The notes beneath the pieces were generated by a model that was not told the DNA's origin, made no database searches, and saw only the letters and a program-made list of their open reading frames with translations. Shown one piece after another: positions 24,001 through 36,900 of a stretch of 64,000 nucleotides of DNA; within the stretch, counting starts at the first letter, position 1; every line of letters starts with the position of its first letter. The stretch spans positions 2,108,001 through 2,172,000 of the forward strand of contig JAYWIR010000030.1 of NCBI GenBank assembly GCA_036172245.1. The letters are read 5' to 3'. Origin of the DNA: Raillietiella orientalis (Eukaryota). The position numbers and the translations under genes were made by a program.

Positions 24001-27000
24001 CGCCGCGCGGATCCCCGGATAGGATGCGACGCATTCCTTTCTGCTCCCTTTTCAGATAGCTGCCCTTACACCCAAGGCACCGAGTGTCAGCATGGCGTGT
24101 GCCTGCAGTCGGAGTGCCATTGCAATGACGGCTACGGAGGTTGCGGATGCTCCGTTCCAGGTACGGCACTGTTCCTCCGCCACTCGGGTGAACTGGAAGA
24201 TCGCGGAGACGGCTGTGGAAAGGGGGAGGGACCTTGCCACGTCCGACGGGAGCAGGCGTGTTCCCTTCTCGGGAAAAGTTTCGCCCGGGAAGCTCGCCGG
24301 AGTGGTCTCAAAAGACCACCCCAATCCGGGTTTCCGGGAGCGTCGGAGCCTCTCATTTTCCCTCCTTCGGGCGTGTTTCCCCGTTCAGCCGGAAAAACTT
24401 GCATTTTGAGACAGGTGGACCGATAACTTCACAGACAAGCAGAAAAAGCAACATAAAAAAAAAAAAAATGCAGCGCTTTTGAGTTTGCCCTCTCGCGGTA
24501 GAAATCTGAAACTTCCCTCACCGGTGTTCGCATTCAGTCAAAAGAACAAATCACGTGTATGAGTGTGTGTGTGTGTGTTCCATGTCTTTTAAAAATTGGT
24601 CTTCCTTTTCAGATGAAAACGAATGCAAGTACCGTCCCTGTGATGTATTTTCCCGGTGTACAAATACATTAGGTAGCTTTTACTGCACGTGCTTGCCTGG
24701 CTACCAAGGTGATGGATTCCAATGCAAAGGTAAACGCTGGCTTTCACTTTCTACAAGAACCTGGATTCGAGTGATAAAACGGCGATCGCAGCATTCTTTG
24801 AGAAAGCATCATTACTTTCACCCACGAGATCGTGATGCAACAATCTGTTTACTCTCAGCGATTCGAAAGATGAGAATTTTTCTTTCCAATTATCCCGGGA
24901 CGAGCTCGCCGCTCGGAATCCGAAACTCTTTCAGAAATCGCATCTCTCCCGCAGCGCACGCATTATGAGCTTCCGTGATTTCTAGCGTCCGCACTCGTTT
25001 CATCTCATCAGCTTCGCCTGCATCCGCACGGAAGTCTCCAGCGTGATGATCCGGTTTGCTTGTGTGGCCTCTGCCCAGGCACCTCTGACAATCCTCAAAG
25101 ACGTTTGTTTCTGATCCGCTCGATCCGGCTCCACTTTGAGCCTTCGCCTCCATCAGTTCCATCAGGGGTCTTCCCCCCACTCCCTTCCCTGATTTGAATC
25201 GCATGCCTGCGTGGTTCCGAGCTGGTAAGATTCGGATGTAACGTTGTGACGTCGTGATCGTCCGATCTCCTGACGTGCGAAGTGCTTGCAACACGATCCA
25301 ATGGAAGTGTACGCGGCTCTCTCGGGAAACTACATTGTGGCACTTGAGAAGACGCCTTGCCGGACGTCAGCTGCCGGATTTGCGTGCAGCGAGCACCAGG
25401 TCATGTTATTTCCGCAGGCGCGTTGGCTCCAGCGAGACCTGAAGCACTGCAGTCGAATAGTGGTTCCGGCTTCGCCGATTTTGGAGGGCTCACTTGCATG
25501 TTTCCTTACAGCCTGTCCTCTCTTCGATTACTCTTTGTCCTTTGGAGACTGAATCTGAAATGCTATTAATTTCATAACCTTTGCATAAGAATTAGTGGAA
25601 CTTCACTTGCTGTCAGGAAGAATCGGATGCACCTTTGCTCGCCGTAGATGGTGTCACGACGTCTGACGGGTTTGCAATCGGTCGCACCACAGGAAGTTTC
25701 TTCATTTCATGTCTGATTCCTTTTTACATCGTGAAACAGGAACGCTCTCTCTTTCGGGGTCCCTCACAGGCGCTCCAGGCATCGCAGGATGCTGCGGACA
25801 CACTCCCCCCGACCCGTTTCAACTTCCAGCTTTCTCCCACTGTTCGATTTCCTCAGACGGCTTCTCAAGCAGTCACGAGAACTTGGAGAAGGTTGCCTCC
25901 GTTACCCAAGCTCCGCTTAACTCCCAGCTAGCAGCATAATACACCAGCTTTGCTTAATTTCTGCCCACACACTATCCAATGCATCACGATGGAAGCGAAA
26001 GGAGTGCGTGTGATCGCTGGCTGACTGAGCTTGACTGACCAGCTTCCGCTGCTCTTGCTGGAGCTCGCGTGACGTCATTTCAAAAAGGAACTTTTTTCCT
26101 CCGGATTCCGTGCATCGCTTATAAAAATAAATGAATTTGTGACAGATGATCCCTTGTGAGATGAGTTCTGCAGCTGCACCTCCCCTCTCCACGAATGAGT
26201 TATGCATTTGGTGTTTGCTCTTAGAATCCGAGATCTTTGTTCAGAGTTCAGAATTGTTCGATCCTGACGGTAATCGATTTGTCTCCATTCTCAGATATCG
26301 ACGAATGCCAGGATCCTGAATTTCGTTCGCAGTGTGCGGAAAATGCAGAATGTTGCAATGTTCCAGCACATTTCGTTTGCAAGTGCAAACCTGGATTCAC
26401 AGGTGATGGCTGGACCGCATGCAAAGGTAAAAGCCCTGCTTCATCCCTTCTTGTTGTTTCTCCTTCTCTTGGTGGCGACTCTCCCTGAATTAGACGGACG
26501 GCATGTAAAATAGTGGATGTGCCGTCGTCACAGCGTCGAAAGACCTTGGGGCCCTTTGCTTTCAGCGTGCGCAGTACCGCTTGCTTGAGTAGAATGCAAG
26601 CCGGAAATGTTTGCAGTCTTTTCGGCCTCTGAGCCACGCACGTAAGCTTTCGCTGGAGCTATCTCGAAGGCCAGAGAGAGCCAATACATGACTGGCTCCA
26701 GGTGGATCTCTTTACGCGCCAGCAAGCCAAATCCAACGGATTCTCTTGGTCACTCGTGAAAGGTGAACTTTAAATTCTCGAGCTGCTGTCTTTTTTCTTC
26801 CTCTCTGGAAGCAGCAGATTCGGATAGCTCCTGGTCATAATGCTCGCACCTTTTTTTGCTCCCTTCTCGACAGAGGCGAATCGAAATGCTTCTCATCGTA
26901 TGGCAAGGGAGAAATGCGAACTTCCAGGAGTGATGGCAATCTCATCGGAGGCGACCGAGTGTAACTGGTCGGAAGCGAATTGGAAAAATGGGACAAAGTA

Positions 27001-30000
27001 TACCCAAAGGGCCTCGCTAGGATTAACCTGTTAACCGCCGCTTCATGTTTGTGTGGTTTCCCTACGGATCGGTGGGCATTCGGAAAAAGTCCCCAGTTCG
27101 CTTTTGGGCGCTTCGGTCCGCGCTGCGTCCGGCATCCGTTCGAATCACCGTCGAACAGATTTCGAAAAAAAAAAAAAAATGAAAAACAGATGCGAGTCGT
27201 GCAACCGGAATCCTAAAGGAGACTTCCTCTGGCGAACGAATCCTACCTCAACAGATTAGATTTAATTACTAGGCTTCGTTTGCGAGGCAAGGCGGAAGTC
27301 GGGAGAACCAGCGCGATAAGCGGAGATGGCGATGAATGAATGAGATCCGCCTTGCACACCGACCTTGCCATTACGACGGGATAGCGCCGTAACGGCAAGG
27401 AAATTTGGGAAGATCGAGGAAGACTCAGTCCCGAAGGATATTCCACGCGCTTCGGATCGGCTGATCAGTTTTCGAGCGCAGACGTCACGAAAGACGCTTT
27501 GGATTCTCGAAGGTTGTCAGAGAGGCTTCAAAGGACTTTGCAAGTGGAGTGAACTCTCCAGTCGAGTGATCTGGACAGAGCTGCCCTCCAACTTCCTCAC
27601 TGACAGACGATAATTTTTCTTCTTCCCCCTCTTCTACCAGATATCAACGAGTGCTTGGATGAAAACGCATGTGGCCAAGGTGCCTACTGCCACAACTACC
27701 AAGGAAATTACTCCTGCACGTGTCCACCCGGTTTTGAAGGAGATCCCTTCTCTCAGGTTGGTAATCACTTTGATTTCTGAAAGCGCCCTAGGGTCTGTTC
27801 GTCCCTGACTCCTGCATCGTGAACTCCTCGCGACCTGCTCAGAGCGATGCGAGTTCACTCGTCCCTGTCCTTGGGTGCCATCAAGAACGTGATTTCACGA
27901 TCCGTTAGGCGAAGTGGGCCCAAGTCAGATCTTCCACGTTCTCTTTAATCATTACCTTGCCAAAAAATCAATTTCTGAGAAGAGCTCCAGAAACCGCAGT
28001 GGCTCTTACTCGAGTGCACAGGCCATCAGAGTTGACTTGCCTTTCGAATTGGAAGCTCTGGCTTTTCAATTTCTTGCTCGCGGGAAAGCGGCAGAGTCCT
28101 CAAAAACTGCAGTTTCGGATGCAATCTACTCTCTAAAAACTCATGCGAAAGTAATGATTGGTTATGTCTTTCAACGAGACAGCGTGATTGGATGCCTGAA
28201 ATCTTTGCTGATTAATTAACCCTTGGAGATAGCGTGGACACCCGATTTCGTGGCTTCCAGGGCCACGGGCAGTGCGTGTGTAACTTCGAAGACGAGGCGT
28301 TTCCATTCAGCACATTTGCTTTTCAGCATCTCGGAGACGCTTGGTCATTTAGGTCAGGCAGTTCACAAGAATGCCTCCAGCAGAATTAACAGATTTAATG
28401 ATAATCATACGAGGTACTTGGACAAGATTTTTTGGAGGAAGAAACCTCACCTATGAGGAAGGTTGGATGGGTGGAGTATCGGAGCAAACAGCTTCCAAGC
28501 AAAGAATGAAGTCATCCTTCAAGCATGATATTCACGTCTTCTGGATACGTTGATCTGCTTTTAGGGAATGGAAACTGTGGCTCTGAAATCCGCGCTTAAC
28601 TTATAGGACTTTGATGGCGCCTACGATGCTATCACCGAATCTTTCACAGTGCTTTTCTGCTTGTAGCCATGTCAGCTGTAAATTTACTTGTCTAACTCCC
28701 TTTGAAAGGATTGAAATGATTCATTCCCTCTTTGCAGTGATTGTTAGGGAAAAATAACTTCATATCTTACATAATATGGTGAGGATCCTTCCAATGCATT
28801 TCATATTTACATAGAATGATCTCTTAGTGGAGCACACTCTTTCGCACTGCTTCATGGGGGCATTCAGCGACTAGGCTTTTGAGATCGGATCTCGAACTTT
28901 CCCGAAAGTTCTGTTGCTGTCATGCAAATCTTTGTCTGCTCTGCTCCTCCGTAATCTCAATGCTCAGGAGATGACCATTCGGAAACTGGGGAGGAGAGCT
29001 TGCTGCTAATTTCACGGTTCGGGTAGAGGTTACTTTCTCTTAGTTGCAGAAAAGTAGTCTCCTAAGATTTCGGAGAGAGCTTTCTTCATTTCAAGCATTT
29101 CCGATAGGATTTTCGAAAGCCCCCAAAACTCGAAAAGGCGCCTCGGAACACTGATAATGTCTTTTCCTTTTTTGGCCCAAACTGCACGAACGTGAGTTCA
29201 GGAAAACTTTCTGCCTGCCATCGGAACACCCGAAGGCAGACCGCACGGAGAGAGTTTTCCTATCGCAAAAAGGAAGGTGTTTCTGGCATTTCCTGTTCAC
29301 GGAGGGAGGAATGCTCTCTGCACCTCGCAGGAGGTGACCTTTGGAAAAACGTAAAAATTGTACATGCAAAAGAGAAATCGCGGAAGATTGTGAAAAGAGA
29401 GAAAAGGGAAAAATCACGCTCACTCGCAGCGCTTGGTCTAAAGCTCTGAAGATTCCATCAGCGAAAATCACACTTCTTGGGGAAATCGCCCTGTGGCTGC
29501 CTGTCGAAAGGGGTGCCAAACAGCTCCGATTTCAATTTTTGGAAAACCGCTTCGTCCTCTTCAGCCATGTGCAGCTTTCGTAGAACGTGCACGCATTTCA
29601 CCGGAGATAAATAACCTGGCAGCAGTCCGTGCGAATCGCGAAATCACGTCCGGTCCATCCCTGTGGGCGCGCCAAAGTGGCAGCGATGGTTCGAGTTTGT
29701 GGTCGAGCGACGGAGGTGCAAAAAGTTTTAACACGCCTACACATCATGAGTTGCTCTTTCAGGAAAGAATCGCTCACCAACTCTTGAACTGGGTTCAACT
29801 GGCTTGTTTTACGAGCTCCAGGTGCCCCTCAAGACTCCTCGCCAGTACCTCAGTCCGCAGGAAACTTTACGTCATACATGTCATACCTTTTGTTTGCTCT
29901 TATTCGGGCTAAATTGGTTTCGGTGAAATCGTGTACCATAAATTATGTTTAGAAGGCGCCGTCAAGAACGAGAATTCTATGGCCTTCATTTCAAAAATTA

Positions 30001-33000
30001 AAGCAATATCTAAAGATGCTGATAGTATTCGAGGTGTTCCTGCTTGCTGGAAAGTAATCCAGCCCTCGGTTCGAACGTGAAATATTTCAGAGGACAAATG
30101 AGGGATGCAGCTCCATTCCTTTCTTTGCGATCGCCTTGATGGTGATCATTTTATTTATGATGTTGCTGAAAGCACACCACCAACTTTCACGTTCATTCAT
30201 CTGCAACTGTGATCATTTTTTAGTGCGTGGACGTAAACGAATGCGACAGGATTGCATCCTGTGGCAAGAATTCCATGTGCACAAACTGGGAAGGAGGACA
30301 TTCGTGTGGATGCCTTCCTGGGTACACTGGCGACGCACACAAAGAATGCTTCGACGTGGACGAGTGCTTGAGCGACCCATGTACAGAGAACGCCACCTGT
30401 ACAAATCTGGAAGGAGGGTATGAATGCAAGTGCTTCGAAGGATTCACTGGAAACCCTCAGGAAGAATGTAGTGGTAAGATCGAGGCGTTCTGAATTCAGG
30501 ATTTTTTTTTCCGGGTCGTTCCGATCGCAAATAAATGGATACCGTAAGAAAGAGGAAAGAGGGAAGAAAGCACGCACGGACTTTTCGTTTGCTTCCGAAT
30601 TGCCTTGCTGCATTGCATGAGTTACTCGAAAGTGCTGCCTCTCAAACGAAAGATATCAGTAACCGAATATCTGACCCTGGTGCATGGTGTGCGGCGAAGC
30701 TGCTAATGTTTGGAAACGATTCTTTGGAAGATATTTCCCCGTATTTTAAAAGAATGGGTGCCCGCCTGGCGGTAATTGCATGCTTGCTCCAGGAATCGCA
30801 CATCCAAAGACGCAGTGTCCTGATGGTTTGAAAAGTTTCCTGAACCTGAGATGATTCGCAGGTTTATCTTCCTGAGGAACTCTTCTTGCTTGATGGGGAG
30901 TTTCGAACTACGGTCGTGTTTCGTATGGCGCGTTTTTCCAGGGTCAGATTGGTTCCATCGCGGCTGCATGCCAGCATGGTACAAGAGAATTCGACACTGA
31001 GAAAGAATTCGGAATGAAAAGCTAGACAGCTTGGTTTATCTTCAGTATAGCGGGATCTGGGACAATGCGGCTATTTATTTGCCACTGTGTACTGGAATGA
31101 TAAGTCGAGCGGTTGACGAATTCCAGTTAGCACTTCTTCTTCTCTTTTTATCCACCATTTATTTCGGTTCGCTTTAAAAACAGCCTTGAACAAGATATAG
31201 GTTACATAATAATACATGATTCCCTAGTGAGTGCAGGAACTCACGCGATCAGGGCAGACAGCGCTGAATCTCAAGAAGCCGCAGCACTGTGCGGTTACTC
31301 CACCTCGTTCGCGGTGGTGGTTGGCCGGAACGCATGCGCGGAACTCTTTCTCAGCTGCTCTCGACGCACCTGAGAAAGCAAGTGCACTACTTTCGGAACT
31401 TGGACAGAATGCTCGCTGCTGGAAACACCCCCTCAGGCCGGTGAATTCACCACTCAGCACACCAGGACCGGAAAACGTCTTGAGCACACTCCCACCGAAC
31501 TCGCCCTATGCTTATTCTTCTTATGCTCGGTTCCCTATATCCTACTCTTCTTTCGAGCTGGGAACGATATTCGTGAATCGTTGCTGCCCATTAATGATCA
31601 TTCGCTGTGTCTTTCCACACCCACGTCGCCTTTCTTATCCGGCTTTCTTTTACATCGCGCGGCTGCCAGACCATGTGTGCGTATCACTCCGTTTTTTCTT
31701 CATCTCGCTTCACCTGTGGTCTTACCGTGCATCGAGCAGATTCGAATGCGCCTCCTCACTCCACACCATTCCCTGCTCGTGGAATAATGTTGTCCAATTT
31801 AGCCACGGTATGATGTGGAAACATCCCAACACCGGACATGACTGAGCCCGGCACAGTGCGAAGATGTACGAACCTTATGTGGTCTCGATTTGATCAGCGC
31901 GCCACCGTAAATTAGCACTTCGGCGCGGTGATTATCGGGAAGGGATCATTAAGGCTACCTTTCCTCAATTCGTCAACCATTACATAAATCATGCTGTCCT
32001 CGCTGCTAAAACGGAACCTACGTCGATTCCACACGAAAGCATCTGATCCTCGAAAGTCGTCGCTTCTATATGCACACAGTTGCCATCGTTTCAAAATGCC
32101 ACACTATTCCAGCTCATCTCCAAGGACGCTTGGCCGCGAAATTCTAGAATTATATACTCGATGTGGGTGGGTGGTCTTAATGGGATTCGGGATCGTCGCG
32201 TGAAAGATTGCTGGAGTCCGTCTTGGTTTGGTCCTTCCAATGAAAAAAAATATATTGATTGATAGAAGTGGGTATCTTCCAGAACCTCACCTAACGGTCC
32301 CTTGGTTTCCGTATATATATTTTTTCCTTTCCTTTCAGATTTAAACGAATGCACTGCCCTGGATCAGCCATGTGGAAAAAGTGCAATATGTGAAAACATT
32401 TATTCTGGTTATAACTGCCGTTGTTCTCAAGGTTACATAGCAAATCCTAGTCCTGACATTGCTTGTGAACAGGTACGCTGAAGCTTGACTGAAGCACCCT
32501 ACAACAGTGCTCCCATTATGCATAGGTCGATGTAAACGTCATATGCGGTAGCAATTTTGATTGCACGAACAATGCTCAATGTACGAATGGACAGTGTGCC
32601 TGCAAAGAAGGTTTCATCGCCATCAAGACTGAATGTGTTGGTATGATTATTCAGCAACAGTCCTCTGATTCCAATCCTACATCCTTTTTGCCTTTCAGAT
32701 GTAAATGAATGTGAAGCTTCATCATGTGGTCCCAATGCCCTCTGTATTAATACTCCAGGAAGTTTCAAATGTTCTTGTACATCACCTTACATAGGAAACC
32801 CACCACATATCCGTTGCCAAAGTAAGTATCCTCTTCTTCCCATTGTAATTTGAAGAAGATTCGTTGCTCCAATTGATTCTGTTTGGCGATGAATTTGTTC
32901 AAAGAAAACCATGTAGAAATCAGCATCTTGAAGTTCATTTGTAGCATTGCCTTTCTTTCGGATTTCTATGGAAATGTGAACATATTTCTTCTCCTTCAGG

Positions 33001-33924
33001 ATGATTGAGAAATACTCTCCTTTTTACTCTTGGATATTCGTTTTTCATTCATCCATTTACTTGTTGAATGATATCCGTGTCTTTTCACTAAGCTCCTACT
33101 CCTACTCTGCCACTCTCAGTTGTTACGCGTGTGCTGATGACTCTAAACTTTCCTCATGATATCTGTCTGTCTGGGGGCCCCATTCAGAATGATTTTCCAA
33201 GCAGTAATCTTTTACTTCAGAAGTTGCGTGCGGGCAATTCCATCTCTGACAAACGTTTTTATGGGTCATGATATGTGTGTTTCTGTTTATGGAAACCTTT
33301 GGATAATAGAAGTTACAATTTTACCCCTTCAGTTCCTTGTGAAACAATCTCTTGTGGATTGCACGCCACCTGCAAATCAGACGGATTGAAGGCCAATTGT
33401 TTTTGTGATAGAGGATGGACAGCCAAGACAGATAATTCTTCTTTCGGGTGTATCGGTAAGAAGTTTGCATTATCCGCAGCAGATATATTTCCTGTTTTAC
33501 TTCTCAGATATCGACGAATGCAAAAGCTCAAAAGGATCCATCTGTGCAGAAAATGCAATCTGTTCCAACACACTGGGATCGTATTCATGCATCTGTACTC
33601 CTGGATTCACGGGAGATGGCTACACATCGTGCACTGGTAAGAAAGAATTCGGAAGAACACGCCTTTCGTCCGCTCATCTGGAGAACCTGGCTCTATTGCA
33701 ATTTCTAATATTTGCGCTAGGATGTACTCAAGAACCAATGCAGCTGCTCTTTCTCGTGCAAAGGCAGCTTTCAGTAGGTCATTTTCAACATAGTTGTCAT
33801 TAAACGCCACACTTCGACAGTGACGAAACCGGTGCCATAATGGCGTCACGATGGACTACAGACCTCGAACGGCAGAACCATCGATAAACTCCACAGCTCT
33901 TCCACTTTGAAAGTGTTCTTTAGA

Positions 33925-33981
<57 letters not shown>

Positions 33982-36900
33982 TGTATGTATGTATAAAAAA
34001 TCCAACGGACGGCGCATCATTTCAGCGTAGTGAAAAGTGTCAGCCTTTCTTTTGCGTCTGTTGATCATACGACAGTTGATCAACATGGCAAGCGTGCATA
34101 CGGCATGTTTAGGCATGTTCAGATCAACTCGTTTCGTACGATACTACCCGTATGACGATTCGAAGTATCAGCTCTTTGACTCTCTTGGTCATTCAACCAC
34201 CTCTCTCCCTTCCACAGACTCTGCATCTCGTTCACATCTCACGATGTTGCAGGCTGAAAAATTTACCTTAGTGTCGTCACACTATTTTACACAACTTTTC
34301 GTACACTTTAAAAAGAATCTAGATCGCCAGTAGCTCCTTTCCTCCGCGCTCAAGGATTCGTTTTGTAACTGGTACACGGGAAGAGTCACAACAGCCTTGT
34401 TGAGCGGTTCAACACGTTGGTCCTATTGGCGGGTAGAATTCTGCATATTCGACGGCAGCGACATGGAACCCGAAGATTCTACATTTCATTTTGATGTGGT
34501 CACTTCAGTGGTTCCTCAACAGTCAGCTGAGGCCATTACTTTGGACACACTCGCGAAAGTTTTCATCGGAATGAAAAAAAAGCTTTTCAACGAAAGATGG
34601 GTAGAGATCTTCCCGTCTTACCGTATTTCGTTGCTCCGAAGAGAGCAAAATCGAAACTTTCCATGCAGTGCTCCTAAGTTTGTCTGTAGCTAATATGTAC
34701 GAGTCTGTAAAGAGCAACAGTTGAATTGGTGGTATTTGAAAAATTGACATTTATCAAAGAATGCCTTCGTTCTTGCATGTGAAACGCAGAGTACGAAAAT
34801 AATTCATTGAGCGATTGCATAAATAAGTTCTGTCCAGGGACAAAGCCAGATTCAAGGACTGTGTTGTCCTGCCACGAAAACATTTTGAGGTGCTTGAAGA
34901 TTCCGTACGGACGTACATCAATCATTTCATGATGGTGATTTTCCTTTCCATTTCTAATTGGCATCGTTTAATAATTTGTCCTGTTATTCATCGTCGAAGT
35001 GGCTGAGAGCTATTCATTTTTGTTTTTTTTTCATCAGCAATGCTAATGGTCGCCAGATGGTTATTCACCATATTTAGCATGATTTCGATAGCCACACAGA
35101 ATCCACTCTGCACTGATTGCTGGCTCTCTCTACATCTTATCGATTTCGTGTTCACAATTTCGTGCTGCATCTTGGAAAAAAAAAAAAAAACATCTCGTTT
35201 TCGTAACGCAGGTTCCTTGTCAATAACACAGTCCTTCCAGTATGAAGAGACCTTGGCTTGCCTGTGGTACAAAATGTTTCCAAGTACACCTCCTTCCGAT
35301 TTCATTACCAAAGAGTTGTGCATTAGTCAGTTTGTGGAAGCATTCTTTCAAAAATGAGAATCGACCTCATTTCCAGATGAAGCTGCATCGGTTTGGTTTT
35401 TCTGTAATTTCTGAGACTCATTTCTCATCAACTTAAAGTTCATCTCCGTTACGGTTGCAAAATCTAATTTCCTACTTCTACAGATATGTGAGAAACCGAA
35501 TTATGCCTTTCTCACTTGTATGCAAGAGAACCAAAAACCCTTCCTTCAGTCTTTAATCGTTAATCATTTCATTAATTAACGATAAGACTTTTCTGAGCAT
35601 CCCTTCCGAGAAATTTCTTTAGCTGAATCCGAAACACTTCCAATATAAGCACTGTGGCAGAGGTGATCCATTCTGATTGCTTCTGAATTCTCTATTGGAA
35701 CGGAAGAATTCAAACTGTTCACTTCCAAAAGTCTGAGGAACATCGACAGCATTTGTTTTTTCTCTAGCTTGAATGAATTGAAGATCATTCGGGAGCCCAC
35801 CAGCTTGAATTTTTCTTGCCCTTATGTGGGATCTTCTAAACTTTCCACTTATCATCTTAAGGGTTTCCTTCCAAGTTGTATACGATAGTGTAGCAGCTCT
35901 CCTTCTGTACACCTCCTAACAGAGAACATTTCCTGCATCCTAAGGAAAGAGCATCACTACACATTTGTACGCAGTTCCGCCTTCGCCATGCCATGACCAC
36001 CTCTCACTGTGAATGCTTTGGATTAGGGAAATGAGCTTGTTTATTTAACTCCAACTGTTCACATTTATTTCCAGACATAGATGAATGTCAGTCGCCGTAC
36101 CAGTGTGGAAGCGGTGCAATCTGCCTCAACACGGAAGGCTCTTTCACGTGTGCCTGCCCCAAAGAAACCATACCAGATCCAACGCCTTTCATAAGTTGCA
36201 TGCCCATCATCGTCTGCGACAGTGACAGAGACTGTCCTGGAAATGCAATGTGTGATTACAGCGGCATGTGTGTTTGTCCAGAACCTAACGTCGGCGATTC
36301 GTGCAGACGTAAGTAACCAACATCCGAGGCGCACCCTTTCACTCTTTTCCTCCATCTCCTTGAATGCCTGCGTGTAGGCGCTCACGCGCAGACTTGTGAA
36401 GACGTCAGCTGTTTCGACACAGAACTGCATGGTGTTGTATTCACTCGGTGCTTTAAGCACTTACCTGTCCTTTTCCTTTCGTTTCCCTGATGCCTAAATG
36501 CCCCACTGTTTCGGGAGTATCGTTGTCTGAGCAGCAGACACTTCGTTGAATTCCGTGGAAGGTTCGCTTTTTTGCATTTTCGGGTTTCGAGGTCTACTCT
36601 CGCCTGTGGTTCTCCTTTTCATGGAGGCTTCACGACGTTACCACAGTGGAGCGGACCGCCCCTGACAATCCTTGCGCAAAAGAAGGAAACTCTTCAAACA
36701 GATTTCGTGGTGAGGCTCTTTCAAAGACTTTGGCTGCTCAGGGTGGCAGCTGCTGCTGACTATTTGGTTCGCAGCTTCTGCATCATGCGTTTAGTTCCCA
36801 CGTCTTCTCAAGTATGGAACGCCAGAAAAGATTCCCTTAAGACGGCACTTTTTTTTTTATTGCAAAATTCTCATTCTGAGTTTGGGCATTTCAACCAAGA

